A DNA stretch of 64,000 nucleotides from Eledone cirrhosa (taxonomy: Eukaryota). The notes beneath the pieces are model-generated. The model made no database searches. It saw only the letters and a program-made list of their open reading frames with translations, and had not been told where the DNA came from. The DNA is taken from assembly GCA_964016885.1 (NCBI GenBank), contig OZ024740.1:329096001-329160000 (forward strand). Reading direction: 5' to 3'. Positions 10,035 to 23,302 of this stretch are shown piece after piece. Position numbers and translations under genes: made by a program. Every line of letters starts with the position of its first letter. Within the stretch, counting starts at the first letter, position 1.

Positions 10035-13000
10035 TGCTACTGTACGTCTGTATACATATATGTATGTACGTATACATACATACTTACATTTAAGTAAGTG
10101 CCATACTAAGAGTGAGAAATGAAATTTCGTTTTCATTTTTTTCAACTTATCGTTTTCGGTATGCCTGACCGATTTAACTCACTCAATATGCAAATTAGGC
10201 TGCTCAGCCGTTAATTTTCATAAGGAAAGTATATACTTTCGAACGTTCAACTATCTGGCAGATGGGTAAACGGTGCTGATGATAGCTAACAAGCTTGAAA
10301 CTAGTACATCGTTCCTGTGTCAGTGTTGAACAAAAAGGTGACGTGGTTGCCTTAACACCGTATGGCATAAATTCAGGCTGTTCGATTTGTTGACAAACAA
10401 ACGAACAAAGCAGGCGTTATAATAAACGTCGGCTAAACTGATGCGTGCATATATGTATGTGTACCTGTATGCATATGTGTATATATGTATATATATATAT
10501 ATATATATATGCATGCTACTGTACGTCTGTATACATATATGTATGTACGTATACATACATACTTACATTTAAGTAAGTGCCATACTAAGAGTGAGAAATG
10601 AAATTTCGTTTTCATTTTTTTCAACTTATCGTTTTCGGTATGCCTGACCGATTTAACTCACTCAATATGCAAATTAGGCTGCTCAGCCGTTAATTTTCAT
10701 AAGGAAAGTATATTCTTTCGAACGTTCAACTATCTGGCAGATGGGTAAACGGTGCTGATGATAGCTAACAAGCTTGAAACTAGTACATCGTTCCTGTGTC
10801 AGTGTTGAACAAAAAGGTGACGTGGTTGCCTTAACACCGTATGGCATAAATTCAGGCTGTTCGATTTGTTGACAAACAAACGAACAAAGCAGGCGTTATA
10901 ATAAACGTCGGCTAAACTGATGCGTGCATATATGTATGTGTACCTGTATGCATATGTGTATATATGTATATATATATATATATATATATGCATGCTACTG
11001 TACGTCTGTATACATATATGTATGTACGTATACATACATACTTACATTTAAGTAAGTGCCATACTAAGAGTGAGAAATGAAATTTCGTTTTCATTTTTTT
11101 CAACTTATCGTTTTCGGTATGCCTGACCGATTTAACTCACTCAATATGCAAATTAGGCTGCTCAGCCGTTAATTTTCATAAGGAAAGTATATACTTTCGA
11201 ACGTTCAACTATCTGGCAGATGGGTAAACGGTGCTGATGATAGCTAACAAGCTTGAAACTAGTACATCGTTCCTGTGTCAGTGTTGAACAAAAAGGTGAC
11301 GTGGTTGCCTTAACACCGTATGGCATAAATTCAGGCTGTTCGATTTGTTGACAAACAAACGAACAAAGCAGGCGTTATAATAAACGTCGGCTAAACTGAT
11401 GCGTGCATATATGTATGTGTACCTGTATGCATATGTGTATATATGTATATATATATATATATATATATGCATGCTACTGTACGTCTGTATACATATATGT
11501 ATGTACGTATACATACATACTTACATTTAAGTAAGTGCCATACTAAGAGTGAGAAATGAAATTTCGTTTTCATTTTTTTCAACTTATCGTTTTCGGTATG
11601 CCTGACCGATTTAACTCACTCAATATGCAAATTAGGCTGCTCAGCCGTTAATTTTCATAAGGAAAGTATATACTTTCGAACGTTCAACTATCTGGCAGAT
11701 GGGTAAACGGTGCTGATGATAGCTAACAAGCTTGAAACTAGTACATCGTTCCTGTGTCAGTGTTGATCAAAAAGGTGACGTGGTTGCCTTAACACCGTAT
11801 GGCATAAATTCAGGCTGTTCGATTTGTTGACAAACAAACGAACAAAGCAGGCGTTATAATAAACGTCGGCTAAACTGATGCGTGCATATATGTATGTGTA
11901 CCTGTATGCATATGTGTATATATGTATATATATATATATATATATATGCATGCTACTGTACGTCTGTATACATATATGTATGTACGTATACATACATACT
12001 TACATTTAAGTAAGTGCCATACTAAGAGTGAGAAATGAAATTTCGTTTTCATTTTTTTCAACTTATCGTTTTCGGTATGCCTGACCGATTTAACTCACTC
12101 AATATGCAAATTAGGCTGCTCAGCCGTTAATTTTCATAAGGAAAGTATATACTTTCGAACGTTCAACTATCTGGCAGATGGGTAAACGGTGCTGATGATA
12201 GCTAACAAGCTTGAAACTAGTACATCGTTCCTGTGTCAGTGTTGAACAAAAAGGTGACGTGGTTGCCTTAACACCGTATGGCATAAATTCAGGCTGTTCG
12301 ATTTGTTGACAAACAAACGAACAAAGCAGGCGTTATAATAAACGTCGGCTAAACTGATGCGTGCATATATGTATGTGTACCTGTATGCATATGTGTATAT
12401 ATGTATATATATATATATATATATATGCATGCTACTGTACGTCTGTATACATATATGTATGTACGTATACATACATACTTACATTTAAGTAAGTGCCATA
12501 CTAAGAGTGAGAAATGAAATTTCGTTTTCATTTTTTTCAACTTATCGTTTTCGGTATGCCTGACCGATTTAACTCACTCAATATGCAAATTAGGCTGCTC
12601 AGCCGTTAATTTTCATAAGGAAAGTATATACTTTCGAACGTTCAACTATCTGGCAGATGGGTAAACGGTGCTGATGATAGCTAACAAGCTTGAAACTAGT
12701 ACATCGTTCCTGTGTCAGTGTTGAACAAAAAGGTGACGTGGTTGCCTTAACACCGTATGGCATAAATTCAGGCTGTTCGATTTGTTGACAAACAAACGAA
12801 CAAAGCAGGCGTTATAATAAACGTCGGCTAAACTGATGCGTGCATATATGTATGTGTACCTGTATGCATATGTGTATATATGTATATATATATATATATA
12901 TATATGCATGCTACTGTACGTCTGTATACATATATGTATGTACGTATACATACATACTTACATTTAAGTAAGTGCCATACTAAGAGTGAGAAATGAAATT

Positions 13001-14313
13001 TCGTTTTCATTTTTTTCAACTTATCGTTTTCGGTATGCCTGACCGATTTAACTCACTCAATATGCAAATTAGGCTGCTCAGCCGTTAATTTTCATAAGGA
13101 AAGTATATACTTTCGAACGTTCAACTATCTGGCAGATGGGTAAACGGTGCTGATGATAGCTAACAAGCTTGAAACTAGTACATCGTTCCTGTGTCAGTGT
13201 TGAACAAAAAGGTGACGTGGTTGCCTTAACACCGTATGGCATAAATTCAGGCTGTTCGATTTGTTGACAAACAAACGAACAAAGCAGGCGTTATAATAAA
13301 CGTCGGCTAAACTGATGCGTGCATATATGTATGTGTACCTGTATGCATATGTGTATATATGTATATATATATATATATATATATGCATGCTACTGTACGT
13401 CTGTATACATATATGTATGTACGTATACATACATACTTACATTTAAGTAAGTGCCATACTAAGAGTGAGAAATGAAATTTCGTTTTCATTTTTTTCAACT
13501 TATCGTTTTCGGTATGCCTGACCGATTTAACTCACTCAATATGCAAATTAGGCTGCTCAGCCGTTAATTTTCATAAGGAAAGTATATTCTTTCGAACGTT
13601 CAACTATCTGGCAGATGGGTAAACGGTGCTGATGATAGCTAACAAGCTTGAAACTAGTACATCGTTCCTGTGTCAGTGTTGAACAAAAAGGTGACGTGGT
13701 TGCCTTAACACCGTATGGCATAAATTCAGGCTGTTCGATTTGTTGACAAACAAACGAACAAAGCAGGCGTTATAATAAACGTCGGCTAAACTGATGCGTG
13801 CATATATGTATGTGTACCTGTATGCATATGTGTATATATGTATATATATATATATATATATATGCATGCTACTGTACGTCTGTATACATATATGTATGTA
13901 CGTATACATACATACTTACATTTAAGTAAGTGCCATACTAAGAGTGAGAAATGAAATTTCGTTTTCATTTTTTTCAACTTATCGTTTTCGGTATGCCTGA
14001 CCGATTTAACTCACTCAATATGCAAATTAGGCTGCTCAGCCGTTAATTTTCATAAGGAAAGTATATACTTTCGAACGTTCAACTATCTGGCAGATGGGTA
14101 AACGGTGCTGATGATAGCTAACAAGCTTGAAACTAGTACATCGTTCCTGTGTCAGTGTTGAACAAAAAGGTGACGTGGTTGCCTTAACACCGTATGGCAT
14201 AAATTCAGGCTGTTCGATTTGTTGACAAACAAACGAACAAAGCAGGCGTTATAATAAACGTCGGCTAAACTGATGCGTGCATATATGTATGTGTACCTGT
14301 ATGCATATGTGTA

Positions 14314-14351
<38 letters not shown>

Positions 14352-14941
14352 TGCTACTGTACGTCTGTATACATATATGTATGTACGTATACATACATAC
14401 TTACATTTAAGTAAGTGCCATACTAAGAGTGAGAAATGAAATTTCGTTTTCATTTTTTTCAACTTATCGTTTTCGGTATGCCTGACCGATTTAACTCACT
14501 CAATATGCAAATTAGGCTGCTCAGCCGTTAATTTTCATAAGGAAAGTATATACTTTCGAACGTTCAACTATCTGGCAGATGGGTAAACGGTGCTGATGAT
14601 AGCTAACAAGCTTGAAACTAGTACATCGTTCCTGTGTCAGTGTTGAACAAAAAGGTGACGTGGTTGCCTTAACACCGTATGGCATAAATTCAGGCTGTTC
14701 GATTTGTTGACAAACAAACGAACAAAGCAGGCGTTATAATAAACGTCGGCTAAACTGATGCGTGCATATATGTATGTGTACCTGTATGCATATGTGTATA
14801 TATGTATATATATATATATATATATATGCATGCTACTGTACGTCTGTATACATATATGTATGTACGTATACATACATACTTACATTTAAGTAAGTGCCAT
14901 ACTAAGAGTGAGAAATGAAATTTCGTTTTCATTTTTTTCAA

Positions 14942-14946
<5 letters not shown>
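9641..14946 (+). repeat. 479-bp hammerhead-containing tandem repeat (retrozyme-like), right arm, 11 units
   Basis: 479-bp period, except two units lengthened by internal (TA)n expansion. Only isolated SNPs. Ends in (AT)n at 14947. Confidence 0.95.
9782..9826 (+). ncRNA. Type I hammerhead ribozyme motif (representative of 11 plus-strand copies)
   Basis: Stem I AACGGTG/CATCGTT, core CTGATGA, stem II T-AGCT-AACA-AGCT-T, GAA, palindromic stem III ACTAGT, cleavage triplet GUA (predicted cut after 9819). Other copies start at 10269, 10748, 11227, 11706, 12185, 12664, 13143, 13622, 14101 and 14586. Confidence 0.85.
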
Positions 14947-15001
<55 letters not shown>

Positions 15002-15110
15002 TACTTATATGTATACTTACACACATATATATGTATGTATATATATATACACACACGCATTACATGTTTACTGTAATTATATATATATATATAAATATAT
15101 ATATATAATT
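14947..15110. repeat. (AT)n/(AGAT)n microsatellite
   Basis: Direct sequence. Confidence 0.9.
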
Positions 15111-15494
15111 ACAATAAACATGTGGGCCAAACTGGGTTGAGTACGCAACGCACCAATCAGTAAATAATTATGCAAATCGATTCAAGCATTCAATATCATG
15201 TTTTTTCTTCCAAATATGATGTGTCAGTCGCTGTCGGAGTATATGTAGACTAAGGAAAGTGCCACGTGCGGTGTAAATGTTAAAGACTCTTTAATTAACA
15301 AAACTGTGATACATATTTCAAATACTGGCGATAAAAAACAAAATAGAGAATCGGTTCCAGGAAACAGGTCGATACAAAATAAAAACAAACTACATATAAA
15401 CGAAACTTCATCGTTTTCTTAATATATACACCCGGCATTGGCATCGAGGGCTCAATTTGGTACCACTACCAGTAATTCACTGAATCACACAGGC

Positions 15495-15910
<416 letters not shown>

Positions 15911-15995
15911 ACAAAGAGATATTTAATTTGATGGTTATTCAACAAATTAATTTATAACAGATTCGAAGCACACTACAAAATTCTTCTGGAGTATA

Positions 15996-16335
15996 ATATC
16001 AATGATATTAATACATGGAAACTATCTTTATAAAAACCATATCTATTTTTTTATATATATTTCAAGGGTACCAAAATTTTGGTACGCTCTCATCAAATAA
16101 AATACAAAAATTGTTTTATAAATATTGACATATCCCCAAAAAAAACAAGAACTTATCGTTTTAAGTTCATTTTGGAAACGATAATTTCTTGTTTTGGGAT
16201 ATGTCATTATTTATAAAACAACCTTTGTATTTTATCTGATGAGGGCGTATCAACATTTTGGTGTCCTTGAAATATATATAATAAAATAAATATGGTTTTA
16301 TAAAGATAGTTTCCATGTATTAATATCATTGATAT
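15996..16335. repeat. ~340-bp imperfect palindrome made of two divergent copies of a hammerhead-bearing repeat (family H2)
   Basis: ATATCAATGATATTAATACATGGAAACTATC... is mirrored by ...GATAGTTTCCATGTATTAATATCATTGATAT. Centre near 16165. Confidence 0.9.
16228..16288 (+). ncRNA. Type I minimal hammerhead ribozyme motif (family H2)
   Basis: Stem I TATTTTAT/ATAAAATA, CTGATGA, imperfect stem II GGGCGTATCAA..TTGGTGTCCTT, GAA, palindromic stem III ATATATAT, H17=A. Confidence 0.7.
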
Positions 16336-16360
16336 ATATATATATATATTTATAACTGAA

Positions 16361-16466
16361 CATTAAGGCAAAAAGTTACTCGTAAAACGAGGGCACTAGC
16401 AGTACATATGCAAGCGTATATGTACTGCAAGTGTCCTCGTTTTACGAGTAACTTTCTACCTTAATG
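16361..16466. repeat. ~105-bp hairpin, followed by a ~55-bp tandem duplication
   Basis: AAAGTTACTCGTAAAACGAGGGCACTAGCAGTACATAT is mirrored by ATATGTACTGCAAGTGTCCTCGTTTTACGAGTAACTTT. CCTCTTTAATTATTATAC...CCACTCTGT occurs twice at 16467-16581. Confidence 0.85.
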
Positions 16467-17484
16467 CCTCTTTAATTATTATACTATTCCCTTGTAATCT
16501 CTGTCGCATGCATTCCACTCTGTGCCTCTTTAATTATTATACACTTCTCTTGTAATCTCTGTCACATCCACTCCACTCTGTAAATACGAAACTGTTGATG
16601 ACAACATTAATATCCATATATCAATATCATTGTTCAGTTGAATAAGAAGTTAATTATATGTCCAAACTTTGCTAGTGCTCCGATGATTTTCAAACGAAAG
16701 TTTCGAAGAAACAACTGTCAGCAATAAAATGATTTGAACATAGTTTTGATTATTGTGTAATTTATATTCCTGCTCTGTAAAACATCTGATGTATTTACAT
16801 TGAGCTATATTTCTTACTGGTAATAGGGTAGTAATGAGTAACTGACCTTTCCTGTTTATAGTTGTATATAGTGTATATATAACTATAAATAATATTATTA
16901 TTATTATTATTATGTATATATATTTGTGTGTGCATGTGCATGTGTATGTGTGTATGTATGTGTGTGTGTACGGGTGTGTGTTAGTGAATTTAGTAAAATA
17001 AATTCTATTCACAGAAAACAAAACACTGTTACTGGGAACAAAGTGCAGTTAAACTTTGATATATATGAAAAAAAGAAAAAACTTGTTTTTTATAAACTTC
17101 CTTCAGAAATGTTGTCATTTGAATGCCACATAGCATATTTAGTCGTGTACAACAGTTTTGTTTTGATCTCCATCAGGCTCGCAACATATATTAAAATTTA
17201 TATCTGAACATTTTCACTTGTTTCCACACCAAATTTACAATAAATGAAATATTGGTTTAGCTGTATTTTTACATTTCTTTATAGCAGCATGCTTTTCTGA
17301 ATACATTCTCAATTTCTATGCTTATCTGATATGAAGTAATTGTGATAGAAATCTATTGTCTATGTTTCCGAAAGAATGTTGTAAAACGTTGTATATTCTA
17401 TAGTGTCTCACAATCAATACTTCTTAATCACGAGTTAGAAGTTTTAGATTAATTGTGTATAACGTTTAAATTCAGAGGATTGCA

Positions 17485-17597
17485 CATTATCATTATTATT
17501 ATTATTATTATTATTACTATTATTATTACTATTATTATTATTAATGTTGTTGTTGTTGTTGCTGTTTTTGTTGTTGTTTTTGTTGTTCTTGTTGTTA
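17485..17597. repeat. (ATT)n(GTT)n microsatellite
   Basis: Direct sequence. Confidence 0.9.
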
Positions 17598-20500
17598 ATG
17601 CTATTTTTAGATTGAGTATCCGACTTTTTCTAACAAAAGAATGTTTCATCCAATGTTGTAACTTGTAGATCTGCTACTTAAACACAGAGGTTTTACTGTT
17701 TGTATTGGTAACGTTTGAAAGAAAAAGAAAATATTTAATTGAATATAATTTCTTTACTGTTATTTCCATTCACTAAAAATGGCCACGTTTTCGAAATGAA
17801 GACAATTATTCAGAAAACGAATGTAAATGAAGTAGAATATTGGAGAGAAACATGTCCATTTTAAAAAGCAAATTTGATGACATTTATAACTATAATGGTG
17901 CTAATATAAACAATTTTGTTGACCTTTGTGGGGACAAAAAGAAGAAGCTCAACAATACATATCACGGCACGTACGCACCCAGATATATTTTGCAGAACAA
18001 AATACTGACATTATTGTAAAGACTGTTATTAGCAATAGGAGAACTTTTGCTAACATAATATACAACAGGTAAGTTTTGAACATAGAGTGAATCCAGCAGT
18101 AGAATTTCGCATGTAACCTGTTATAAAAGAATCTATTTCTTTGTTAGATAAGTTTGTCAAAGGAGGAGCAAAGAGAAGCGTCATCCACTTGCTTCTCGCA
18201 AAGCGAACGTGATTTCTATGTGATCGCAAAAGAATTATCAAATGAACGTCCCCCCACGAAGTGTGGTGAGATGTATTTGCAATTTTCCTTAGATGCAGTA
18301 CTTCCTATGTTCCGTGTATGTTGAAACAGGCCGAATTGTTGCACCACGCACCTCACTATTGGTGCACATAACGAAATATATGAGCCAGTAGAAAATATAT
18401 ATCAAAAGGAGAAGCAGGCATTGGGATTGAAAATGACACATTTCATGCGCAATGTAAGTTGTTTTTTGTCAGAAGGGATAACAAATATTTGATGGTTGGG
18501 AGGGGTCAATATTTCCCCCCAATCCCTAATAATAATAAAATAAAACATAGGTACATTCTATTGGCGGATGAATAAAAACAAGACAGGTGCTGCAAAGAAG
18601 AAACCTTAGCTTGTGGTAGGAAGAACAATGTCAGGGCTTTTTCTCCCAAGAGGTTTGAGAAAGCAGCCGAATCAGAAAAAAACAAAAGCAGACCCCGTTG
18701 GCTGCTGCTTTAACAACACCACGATATGCAGCTTCATATGAAGTAGAAAAACTTACCATTTGCAAGGATGAGGGGTGGGGGTGGAGGTCCAATGGAAGCT
18801 ATCTATTGGTCAACGCTTCTAAGTGAAGGAAGAGGGAAATGGCATATAATGTTGTTGAAAGATGATTGCCGATGATTGCGTAGAATGTCATTAGTATAAA
18901 ACATTCTACCGACGTTGTGAATAACAAAACAAGAAGAACAAGAACAGCAACAAATATCACATACAAACATCGACTACATATCTTCTTTGTATAATGGTTA
19001 ACTATCACACTTCACCTCTATTCAGAATCATCGTTATCAGTGGCATTATTGTTCAATACGCTTCTTGATTTCCAACTCATCCCGTAGTAATGCTGCTAGG
19101 AAATATGTTGCAATACTTCAATAAGTTTTATCTTCCGAAACACTCCAAAAATTCTACCAGACAATAACTGCACTCATCGGATATGCTCAGAAAAGCATTA
19201 TTCTCATAATGATATAAAATTATGCGACGCTCCACTTCCAGATAGGATGGCTTTTCAGGCCAGCTGACTAGTTGAAATTGTACCTCTTTCAAGCTACGTA
19301 TTTCTGGTACTATATATGTTTTAACCCTGACTAAAACGATGATCCTCATAGGAATGCCACTTTAAATTTCACACATACAATAAAAATCTACATCCTCAAA
19401 TTACCTAATTACTTCATCCATTGCTGCATTATAATAACATCAGAAAAAAGTGCAACCTAAAACGACTGGAGATTAAAGATTTTCTAACGTTTGAATCGCA
19501 GATAATCATTTCTCCTAGCATTTTGCAGGCATTGTGCTACTTCCATTCTCGACTTCTATTTCCTTATAGCTCCTCTTACCATCCATATTTTTTCTAACGC
19601 TCAGAGTAGCAAAATAAACACCACAGCCACTCATCTCGCTTTTGAACGTCAGCTGTCTGAAATTTCCTGCCAACAAATGTCTTTCCTGACCTTTTGGCTT
19701 GTTACAGCTTAAGCTGGACGTTAGTATCATCAATCACACCGGTTCCGGAGGTTCTGTGAAAGCCATGGTTACCCCTCTTCCTCCCAGACAAAAGTTAAAC
19801 CGTTTTTTGCGACACCTATTCGCAAGTTTCTTGTTTTAAAAACTATTGGAGATATATTTGCTTCACTTATGCTGTTTATTATTATCCAAATAAAATATAA
19901 ATGTAAATACACAATTTGAATTCTTCAAGCGTAATCCATTATTATTGGATGTATTTCAGTATATTTTATACTTAGTAAAGCATATGATGCCTAATTTATT
20001 TCAGTATATATATACATATATGGGACTGAACATAAATTCTGCAAGATATAGGAATAAAACACTAGGGTAGAAGAAGAGGGATAATTGGCAGCGAAGTTTA
20101 GCAGGTCAAGCCTCCAAGTAAAGGATCCTGTTTGATACAATTAGTCTTTAGTCAGTCGTGATTTAGCAGATATATGCTGAGAGGCATACTAGCTAATCCA
20201 TGCCTTTCTAAGACAATATGTATCCAGTCATATCAACTAATGCGTAATTCTTTAAAACAAAATAGTGTAATGTGCAAAGGAGCAGGTTGCTATTACTAGT
20301 AGGTAGAACAATCATGTGGTGTTTGTAGTTAGAGTAAAATGAAAACGTTAACTCTTACCCATTCATTGTGAAGAATACAAGAATGCTGTTTTCTATAGAT
20401 GTTAACTTAGACGTTCACAAACTAACCTGAACGCTTTTCGATGCGCTTGCTGTCACTGCGAGAAATAGGAGTTAAAGCACTCTCAAATCACTCCATTATG

Positions 20501-21278
20501 TCTATAGGTTAAATATCCTGAAGACCTGCAATAAACAGTGGAAGGAGTTACGAATCAAAAGAATAATTCATTTGTAGAAATTATGCAAAACGGGACAGTA
20601 TTTTGAAGAAAACATATTGTTCAAGAAAAGAATATTAAATAGTAAAACTCAATGTTAGTTTCTATATTCATTTGCTTATTTTTCTCCGACATTCTTGGTC
20701 ATGTTGACGATCAATATAATATCTAGTTTAGATATTAATAAATCCAATCGATTCTGAGTAAATCTGCTAGTATACTTTATCTGAGAACAGTTTGAGTGTC
20801 TTTGATGATAAGTCGGCTGTATAAAGTCTGAGCTGTGGTTAAGCAAAGTATTTTGCTCGACGCTGGAACAATTCTTGCAGAGGTGGCGTTTAGGGAATTG
20901 TCTGGCTGGTTATTATTGGAACGCGTTTGATCCCTCCATTTTGTAGTGATAGAAAATGAATCATTGACTCTTTAACACCCGGACTGGGAATATCTAACAT
21001 CCCATAGTCGCCACTAAATGGTAATGTCTGAATGCTTGATAGTTGAAATACAAAAATAAACCAATTCACTGAAGTAGTCAAACGATGTGTAAACAAATAT
21101 TGATATTTTGATAACATTTTCCCTTAAAATATCAATAATTCGTTCCGGAAATAACTTTTATATTCATACTGTGTTTAGATGTCATCCTATCCTGATTCTA
21201 AAAAGATACGGGTCAAAACAATATTTAAAAAAAAGCACATAACTATTTTTCGTTTATAAATAATAATATACTAAATAA

Positions 21279-21463
21279 CTGTTTCTACTTTAGGCACAAG
21301 GCCAGCAATTACCCAGTGCATTACTGGTACTTTATTTTATCGACCCCGTAAGGATGAAAGGCAAAGTCAATCTCAGCGGGATTTGAACTCAGATCATAAA
21401 GGGACGTAACTATGCTGGAAAGCATGGCGTCCGACCCTCTACCGATACTGCCAATCCACCACC
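21279..21463 (-). mobile_element. tRNA-derived SINE, full length
   Basis: A box TGGCAGTATCGG, B box GAGTTCAAATCC, 3' end GGCCTTGTGCCTAAAGTAGAAAC. Flanked by an ATAATATACTA direct repeat. Confidence 0.9.
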
Positions 21464-21490
21464 ATAATATACTATATAACAAATTATAAT

Positions 21491-21603
21491 TGTTTCTACT
21501 TTAGGCACAAGGCCAGCAATTACCCAGTGCATTACTGGTACTTTATTTTATCGACCCCGTAAGGATGAAAGGCAAAGTCAACCTCGGCGGGATTTGAACT
21601 CAG
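21491..21603 (-). mobile_element. 5'-truncated SINE with 17-bp target-site duplication (TSD)
   Basis: Same family, truncated at the B box. ATATAACAAATTATAAT occurs at 21474-21490 and 21604-21620. Confidence 0.9.
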
Positions 21604-22132
21604 ATATAACAAATTATAATGAACTTTGAATATTTTGTTTTCTAAAATTCTCGTTTAATCACTATCTTAATACATCCAGGAATTACAACCGTGCTAACTT
21701 CCAGTCTTACGAATTTGTGAAGTAGCCAACGCAACAATAAACCCATTTAAAGTAAAAAATTACACAGATTAGAGGGAGGATCAAGACGTTGTTTCATTTA
21801 ATATATAGAACACAACGTCAAATTTTAACAACTAATACTATATATACAGTGTGTTATAAATGTGTACATGTAATACACATTTTTTCAGTTAACATGAGAC
21901 TTAAAATAGTATATATTTAAGTACATATTCTGGTATTTAAATAAAAGAAATTATTCCTGTTACAATTTTTCATAGTAACAATTGTAACAATTTTTCTTGT
22001 GACTTTCTACTAGTTTAGGGATAAACCTTATTACCGTTCGATCGATAATTTCCACGTCACAAATAAAGGAAGATATCTTATAATTTAGTTTGGAAGGATA
22101 GAACGTTCTTAATGAATTCCAGCATTAGATCA

Positions 22133-22188
<56 letters not shown>

Positions 22189-22229
22189 ATGTATTTTTAC
22201 GTTACAGAGATGTTATCCCCGATTAGGGT

Positions 22230-22480
22230 TTTTTGATAGTTGAAAGTCCATGTATTCCCTGGTCTTTCAACCATCTTAATATTTAATTTGAGCCTGTCTT
22301 GGATTCTTCTAAATCTGTATGTTAGTTCACCTCTAGGGGTTGTATTGACGAACATTACACTCTGGTATTTATTGCTATAATACCATGAGTTGATTTTATT
22401 TGCCTTATTCCTAATCCTTTCTATTCGGTTCCAAAATTTGCTCCTATACAATAAGTCATTCGCCACGCGAGGCATTTATC
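22230..22480 (-). mobile_element. Penelope-like element fragment (RT-endonuclease linker)
   Basis: LLYRSKFWNRIERIRNKANKINSWY..SVMFVNTTPRGEL...IKMVERPGNT resembles the PLE linker pattern LYR...W.R.ER...K..K..WY...SV.FV..TP..EL...K.VER.G. Confidence 0.6.
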
Positions 22481-23302
22481 TTACGATGCTTTGGTATAAC
22501 AAGCGATCGGGTTCACCGTCAAAGGCTGATGACCAAACGAAGGCACAATTTAAATTAGCCAGAACTAAACTTTAAAAGATTCTAGAACAGCATAACAAGA
22601 AACAGAATAGAATGGAGGCTCGGCAACTGGGGTAAAAATCCACAAATAGCTTGCTTAAACTCATACAGCACTCACGAAACGAAACGGAGAGTTTGTATGC
22701 TTTTCAACAGACAAGTCTGGCATAATGTCAGGTGACAGCCTATGAATCTACTGCACAATCTAAGCACACGACACACATCACACAAAAACAAGATGGTTTA
22801 GAACAGAACAAACGTAGTCACTGAGGAGGTCAAAGAATGTGTGACAAAAGAGCTTTGAGAATATATAAACAACCATCCGGTTATCTAACCCCCCAACCAA
22901 CGGGAAATTTATAATAAATTAAAGTAAAAACCAAAAGGTGCGTGTGTTTTTATTGACATCATGACCCACTTAAAGTATAACAACAACAACAACAACAACA
23001 ACAATAATAATAATAATAATAAAGATTTCATTTATTGGCCACAAGGGCCGACATATAGGGGACAATACAAAAGACTGCGACAGTGGGGCTTTACAGATAA
23101 ATCGAGTAAACAATATGAATCATAATAACAAAGTAACAATAACAAAGTAACAAGAAAGTAACAAGAAAATTACAACAAGAAAAAATTCCCCAATAGGGGG
23201 GATGACCACCTAGGGTTCGCTCACGTACCCCACAAGTCCTGAACGACCCGAAGCTTCGAGAGCACCCTGGAGGGCACCCCTCTCCTCTTCAAATTTACCT
23301 AC

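Noticed and set aside
8080-14941. Repeated 63-aa and 78-aa ORFs in the 479-bp array
   Set aside because: They run through (TA)n microsatellite (YIYIYI), change with TA length and have no domain. They are by-products of the repeat.
17700-21250. Possible host exons or a decayed DNA transposon (weak hAT-like LAVTASA..STM pattern near 20340-20470, minus strand)
   Set aside because: No sustained ORF, terminal inverted repeats or convincing motif. Needs a TBLASTN/HMM search.
21380-21463. tRNA gene at SINE heads
   Set aside because: A and B boxes are present but there is no cloverleaf. The sequence continues into the SINE core and tail in multiple copies.
22930-22965. Short similarity between the sequences downstream of Tx1 copies A and E (TGATGTCA..AAACACAC)
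   Set aside because: Too short and at different distances. It does not show that the inverted similarity extends into the flanks.
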